Below, piece by piece: positions 59,182-64,000 of a DNA stretch of 64,000 nt. Positions within the stretch are counted from its first letter, which is position 1. The number at the start of each line of letters is the position of its first letter. The DNA is from Macrostomum lignano. Its lineage: Eukaryota. Under the pieces are notes generated by a model that saw only the letters and a program-made list of their open reading frames with translations, was not told the DNA's origin and did no database searches. Location of the stretch: positions 248,001 through 312,000 of the forward strand of contig NIVC01000142.1 of NCBI GenBank assembly GCA_002269645.1. Direction: 5' to 3'. A program made the translations under genes and the position numbers.

Positions 59182-61274
59182 TCAAACTTGAATCATCATC
59201 CGAAACTCTTTCAAGGCCCTGAAGCCTTCTACAAAATACCACACAGCATAAGAAGCGGTTGTTGTTTGGCCGTAGTAGTAGTTACCATTGGGATTCGCAT
59301 AGCTGCAGCTGCTATATTTATGCCACCAGCCACCGTAGCCGCCCCAATTAACAGAACAGTGCGATGCAGAGTAGCCATCGTTATCAACATCGCGGGTTGA
59401 AAACTTCTGACCTCTCGAGAGTTGCAGAGCGTCAAAGACCAAGCTTGATTTCGCTCTGACCATCGATCCGTACGACATCGTGTAGCTGGTGCTGGCGGGC
59501 CAACAACGAAGTTCGAATATTCGGCGAACCATTCAGTGTTATTCCAAAGAAGAATTTCTACTCGCAACGCTGCACTTCGAGAACTCGTCAGCCTGTGCAT
59601 GGTGTCCAAACCTACAAAAAGTCAAATACACAAAATAACATGAATCAGGCCTAAATTGTTTCCTCGTTTAATAGCTATGCAAAATAAAAGTTACCAATCC
59701 AAAAGTTGATGTCGTCACCGAATCCAGCCACATATTCCCGCCAGTATCGTTGAAACTGGCTGGTTCGACAGTTTCGTTGAACCACGACTAAGAAACTTCT
59801 GTCGTCTCTGGTGACAGTTTTATTACTAAGAGCTTCCAGGTTCGATAAAGCAGCACGAACTGCCTGGCTGTTGACTGACATCCTGTCTTTCATTCTGAAA
59901 GCAAAGCGGCTCTGACTGGTGCGATATTCGCACTCGTCTTTGAGCGAAAACGAGCCGGACCATCGAATGCCCTTCCAGAAGTTGACCGGCTCAGACTGAA
60001 GAATGGAGCTGAAAAACCAATCTAATTGTACAGTCACCGAATTAAAGTTAAGGTACTTCTAAAAATAACTCTTACATAAGCAAATCACACGATTCCAAAG
60101 CCCTACAGTAAGCTCTCAGCTCCGCAGTCCGCCGGTCAACAGACAGTCTCAACGCCTCGAACCGCCACTGAGACAGCCTGCTGCTCACGTGGATGCTCGC
60201 GTGCCACAGCTTCATGAACTCCAGCGACTCGACTGACGCAGACCCGATCCGAGACCTCACCGCCGCGATCACGGACTCGTCTTCGATCAGAGCGGGCAGC
60301 CTCACATAGTGGCTACCGAGTGAGAAGTCTCTGAGCAGCTGGAAGCTCGGAGTCGGACACAGCAACGGTTCGATCACAAAGTGGCCTCTCTTGCCTCGTC
60401 TCTGGTGCACGTAGGCAGTGCAGTTGTCCAGCTGAACCACTCTGAACAGCTGGAGATCGGAGCAGGCTGGCAGAGCAGAGCTCCTGGGTCTCTGCAGCGA
60501 CTCGATTGGGAGGAACGGAGCGCGAGCGACGGTGACCGGGAAGGCGCGCTCGAAGGAGGCGCAGCCCTCGCCAGCTCGCATGCTGGCCACGAGGCGGATG
60601 TTGTCGAATGGCTCCAAGCGGTCTCTCTCGAGGTTCATCCTGAACGACATTCGAACGATAACTTGAATTTGGCTTTCTACGAGCTAAATAGCATTCACCC
60701 TTAACTGTTATTCCATGCAAAATTATGAAACATACGCGAGGGACGGACACGCGAATTCGGCGCACATCAGCCGCAGGTGTCCAATGAACTCCGTCGGACC
60801 CCACAGAAATGAGGCCTTCCTGAACGCGAGGCTGGTCGATCCGTTTATCCGGACGCTCGTCACCTCCAAAAAAGACACCGACTTTGGCGACAGGTGGCTC
60901 AGCATCGACGCCGCGTCGGTCGCCAGAGTCTCGTCGGTCACGTTGACGGGGAAGCTGAAGTAGAACTCGTTGGTCAGCAGGTCGAAGTGGGCGCCGGGAC
61001 TGCGCAGAGCGGCCGGCTCCGTGATGCAGAAGGTCGGCTCGAGCACGAAGCGACCGGCCTTGACGGCGCCCAGACGGTGCACGAAGACGGGGCAGCCGCG
61101 GATCGACAGGCTGGTAACGAAGGACATGGAAGGCAGCGAGCCGTTGCTGCAGGCGAACTCTATGCGTTGGGCCGGAGCTGGCAACGAGTCGGCCGCGTCC
61201 TGCTCCGACGGGACTGCCGAAGCGCCGAGGCTGCAGAGCAGCAGCAGCTGAAGAAACTCTTGCAAATGACGCAT
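59182..61274 (-). CDS. Secreted fibrinogen C-terminal domain (FReD) protein with a duplicated N-terminal module, 4 exons, ~626 aa, apparent 1-nt frameshift in the last exon
   Basis: Exons 61274-60736 (signal peptide), ~60672-60076 (acceptor uncertain), 60008-59695 and 59611-59182. FReD motifs QR...FQRYWREYVAGFG..NFWIG|LD, KFSTRDVDND, GGWW..CSYANPNG.Y, FRMMI. Confidence 0.8.
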
Positions 61275-61967
61275 TATGCTCTTCCGAGTGGATAATGAAA
61301 AAACCCGGCGGTAAAGTTAGTTAATAAATTAACAGCATTAAATTGTCTTTCAAACAAGCCCAGTGTGTTGCAGTCAACTGGTTTTGCATCGCGCGACTCT
61401 TCTGTGCTGATGCTATCGGAGTGGCAGTCTGCAGAATTCACCTTTGACTCTGTGCGGTCTGGTAGACAGCATCAGATAACAGCCCGTGTGTGGGACAGAA
61501 GTTTGTTCGAGTTCTCCGTAGTAAGTGCAATGATAACGGATCTCGTGACTTGACATTGCACCCATAAAATTTGCACCAAGACACGTTTGCGATTTAAGCA
61601 TGCACCGGAAATATACAGGCAGTTAGTCAAGGTGGTCTGGATTCTAAACAAATCTAGAAAAGCATAGTTTACGAGTAAACAGTTTATGCATAAACATTGT
61701 TAAGTTTACATAGCAGTCATATCTAGCTTTTCTGGTATTTTTCTCTCATGATTCCACAAGAATTAAGCTAATGCATAGGACAGTAATTTATATTATCACT
61801 TGGTAATTATTGGAGCAGTTTTCAGAATATTTGAGCGAGTGTTTAAAAATACCTTTGATAAGTGAATTTTGATGAGCATACGAGTAAATATTTGCAAGAG
61901 GGCTGCAATGCAGAGGGCTGAACCCTGGTGCAACGCTTTCGGCGACATGGTGTCAAAACCAGCGCTG

Positions 61968-62107
61968 AGGCAGACACTCGTACACACGCTCACACAGGGT
62001 GTACAGCGGCCCTGACCTTCGAATCGGCAGGCATGTACATTGTCTGTGCCTTGGAGGTTGGCCCTCGTAGGTGTGAATCGCCCGCCTCCCCGCCCCAAAT
62101 GAATGCG
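61968..62107. repeat. Dispersed repeat, copy 2 (homologous to 4390-4526)
   Basis: See copy 1. Confidence 0.75.
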
Positions 62108-62994
62108 GCCGCGCATAGAATCGAACAGGCGTCGTAGCGCGAGTCAGACAGGCACGTTTACCGCTGGGCTGCTCTGCACTCTCAATTTCGATCGAAAACT
62201 TCTTTAGGCTTTGTGGCACAATCTGTTGCAATCAGATTCCGCAAGAACATACTCAGAAACATCGAACAGTCGCGCCATCACAGAAGATTCCGTCTGTGGT
62301 TGTCACTTTTGAGAGTGCAGGTAAAGTCTCTCAATCTTTGCGAGTGACGCAACTTTGCTACGCCACGGCAGACTTTGGTTGAGGAATGAAGTAGGGGGGG
62401 GGGCGGTGTGGGAGGGTTGGACGGATTAAAGCTGCCCCGATCAGTTTTCTCGGATCTCTTATTCCAAAATAGTCCAAGAGAAATTGCTCACTGTTGCATG
62501 GAGTGGCGACTTTTCAATGTTGCTGAGTATAATTAAATAAGAAAGGATTTAAGAAATGAATACTTGGATTCTTGGAAAGATAGGTCATTTTTTACTTCGA
62601 GCTGCTCTTCTTTTAAACTGAGTACAACAGACTGCAGCTGCTCACGAAAGTTGCCAGTGTGATGTAACTGACTTTCTACAAGCACTTAGCATCCGATCAT
62701 TAACCCGTTCATGAACCAACGAATAATCAATACGAAGCAAATAATCAGATTTATAAAACTCATGCACAGAAGACTAAAAAAGTTCTTTTTCGTAGAAACA
62801 GAAGGATCAAGAAAATGTTTGAAGCAACAAAAAAAACTGAGCTATGAGGCTAGTTTGCTTGCATTGTCTCCATTAATTATTATTGTTATTAGCGTGCAGG
62901 AACACGAGAGCTTATATAAATTCAATTTTGGTGCAACGAAGATTGAGTACCCGAATGTTACCAACATCAATTGCTGTCTAAATAAACTGTCTTT

Positions 62995-63964
62995 TCATAT
63001 CTGCACCATCATTCTAAACTCTTTAGCAGCTTTGTAGCTTTCTTTAAATTGCCAACCGGATATCGTTGTGGCTCTCGAGTCACCGTAGTTATAGACGCCG
63101 TTCGGGTTGGTGTGTCCGCAGGCTGCGTACCACCAGCCGCCGTAGCCGCCCCATTTTTTTGAGCAGTAGTTAGCAGTTGAATGGCCGTCGTTGTCTCGGT
63201 CTCGCGTGGAGAACTTGGTGCCGTTTGAAGACGCCAGGGCGTCATACACGAGGCTGGACTGCTCCCGAAGCATGCTGCTGTACTTCATTGTGTACAGCCT
63301 CGCCGCGTTGCCAACAGAGAAGCCGGAGTACTCAGCAAACCACTCGGTGTCATTCCATAGCAGCATCTCAACACGCATTCGAACGCTCTGCGGACTTGTG
63401 AGCCAATGCAGAGTTTCCAAACCTGTAACAGATCAACAATAGGTTGCTGCAGTGTAGTACCATGTACTCGTAATGCTGACTGTCTAGTACAAAGAAACCT
63501 TAACTAAGAGGCTACCATTTTCGAGCCTTCAGAATATCCGAAAAGTATAACAAGTCCATCCTTGTAGTTAACTAATTAAGCTCGTAACTACGGCAACTAA
63601 GTCTGTGCAGTAGTAACGGTGTTCATCTATTGTCAAGACGGCAGCCTTACCTATCCAAAAGTTGTGCTCGTCACCAAAGCCAGACACATATTCACTCCAG
63701 AAGCGGTTGAAATTGCTGCTTCTGCAACCACGCTGAAGCACAATAACGAAATGGCGATTGTTTCGCACGACCGTCTTGTTCCTCAGACTATCAACTTTCT
63801 GGCCAATTGCAGTTGACACTTGGCCTTCACCGCCAGACCGTTCCTTCATCCTAAAAACAAACCGAAGCTTTTCGGATCGGAGTTCGCAGTTGTCTTCCAA
63901 CAAAAATGTCGCAGTCCACTGGACGTTTTTCCAGAAGTTCACTGGCTCTGATTTAAAAATGGAT
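62995..63964 (-). CDS. Second FReD paralog (last two exons; 5' exons lie beyond the window)
   Basis: Exon 63964-63651 (314 nt, same length and phases as the paralog exon 60008-59695) and exon 63422-62995. Motifs FNRFWSEYVSGFGDEHNFWIG|LE, KFSTRDRDND, GGWWYAACGHTNPNG. Confidence 0.85.
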
Positions 63965-64000
63965 CTGAAACAAATGAGAAAGTTTTTTCTGCATCTATTA

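Overview
Eukaryotic (metazoan) genomic DNA with GT-AG introns, GC/CpG-rich exons and introns packed with locus-specific minisatellites. This style resembles the flatworm Macrostomum lignano (inference, not provable from the sequence alone). Seven protein-coding genes could be assembled by hand, all on the minus strand. (1) A Turtle/IGSF9-like Ig5-FN3 receptor, 3' end off-window. (2-4) A tightly spaced NDUFS2 - neuroguidin (NGDN) - CDC6 trio that looks like a trans-spliced operon. (5) An ~18-exon DUF4062-NACHT-WD40 (NWD-like) STAND ATPase. (6-7) Two tandem fibrinogen-domain (FReD) genes; the one whose 5' end lies in the window carries an unrecognised duplicated N-terminal module. About 24 different tandem arrays cover roughly 18-19 kb, mostly in the first 32 kb. 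Two arrays are built from an exon end plus its 5' splice site, so they produce runs of decoy donors. A gene-free block at ~33.4-45 kb is AT-rich and holds TE remnants (CORE-SINE, hAT MITE, LTR/PBS relics); its ~33.4-38.2 kb part is almost free of CpG. Most long ORFs in the supplied track are repeat read-throughs or antisense shadows. Two genes each show a single-base frameshift that can be placed in a homopolymer run, most likely an assembly error.
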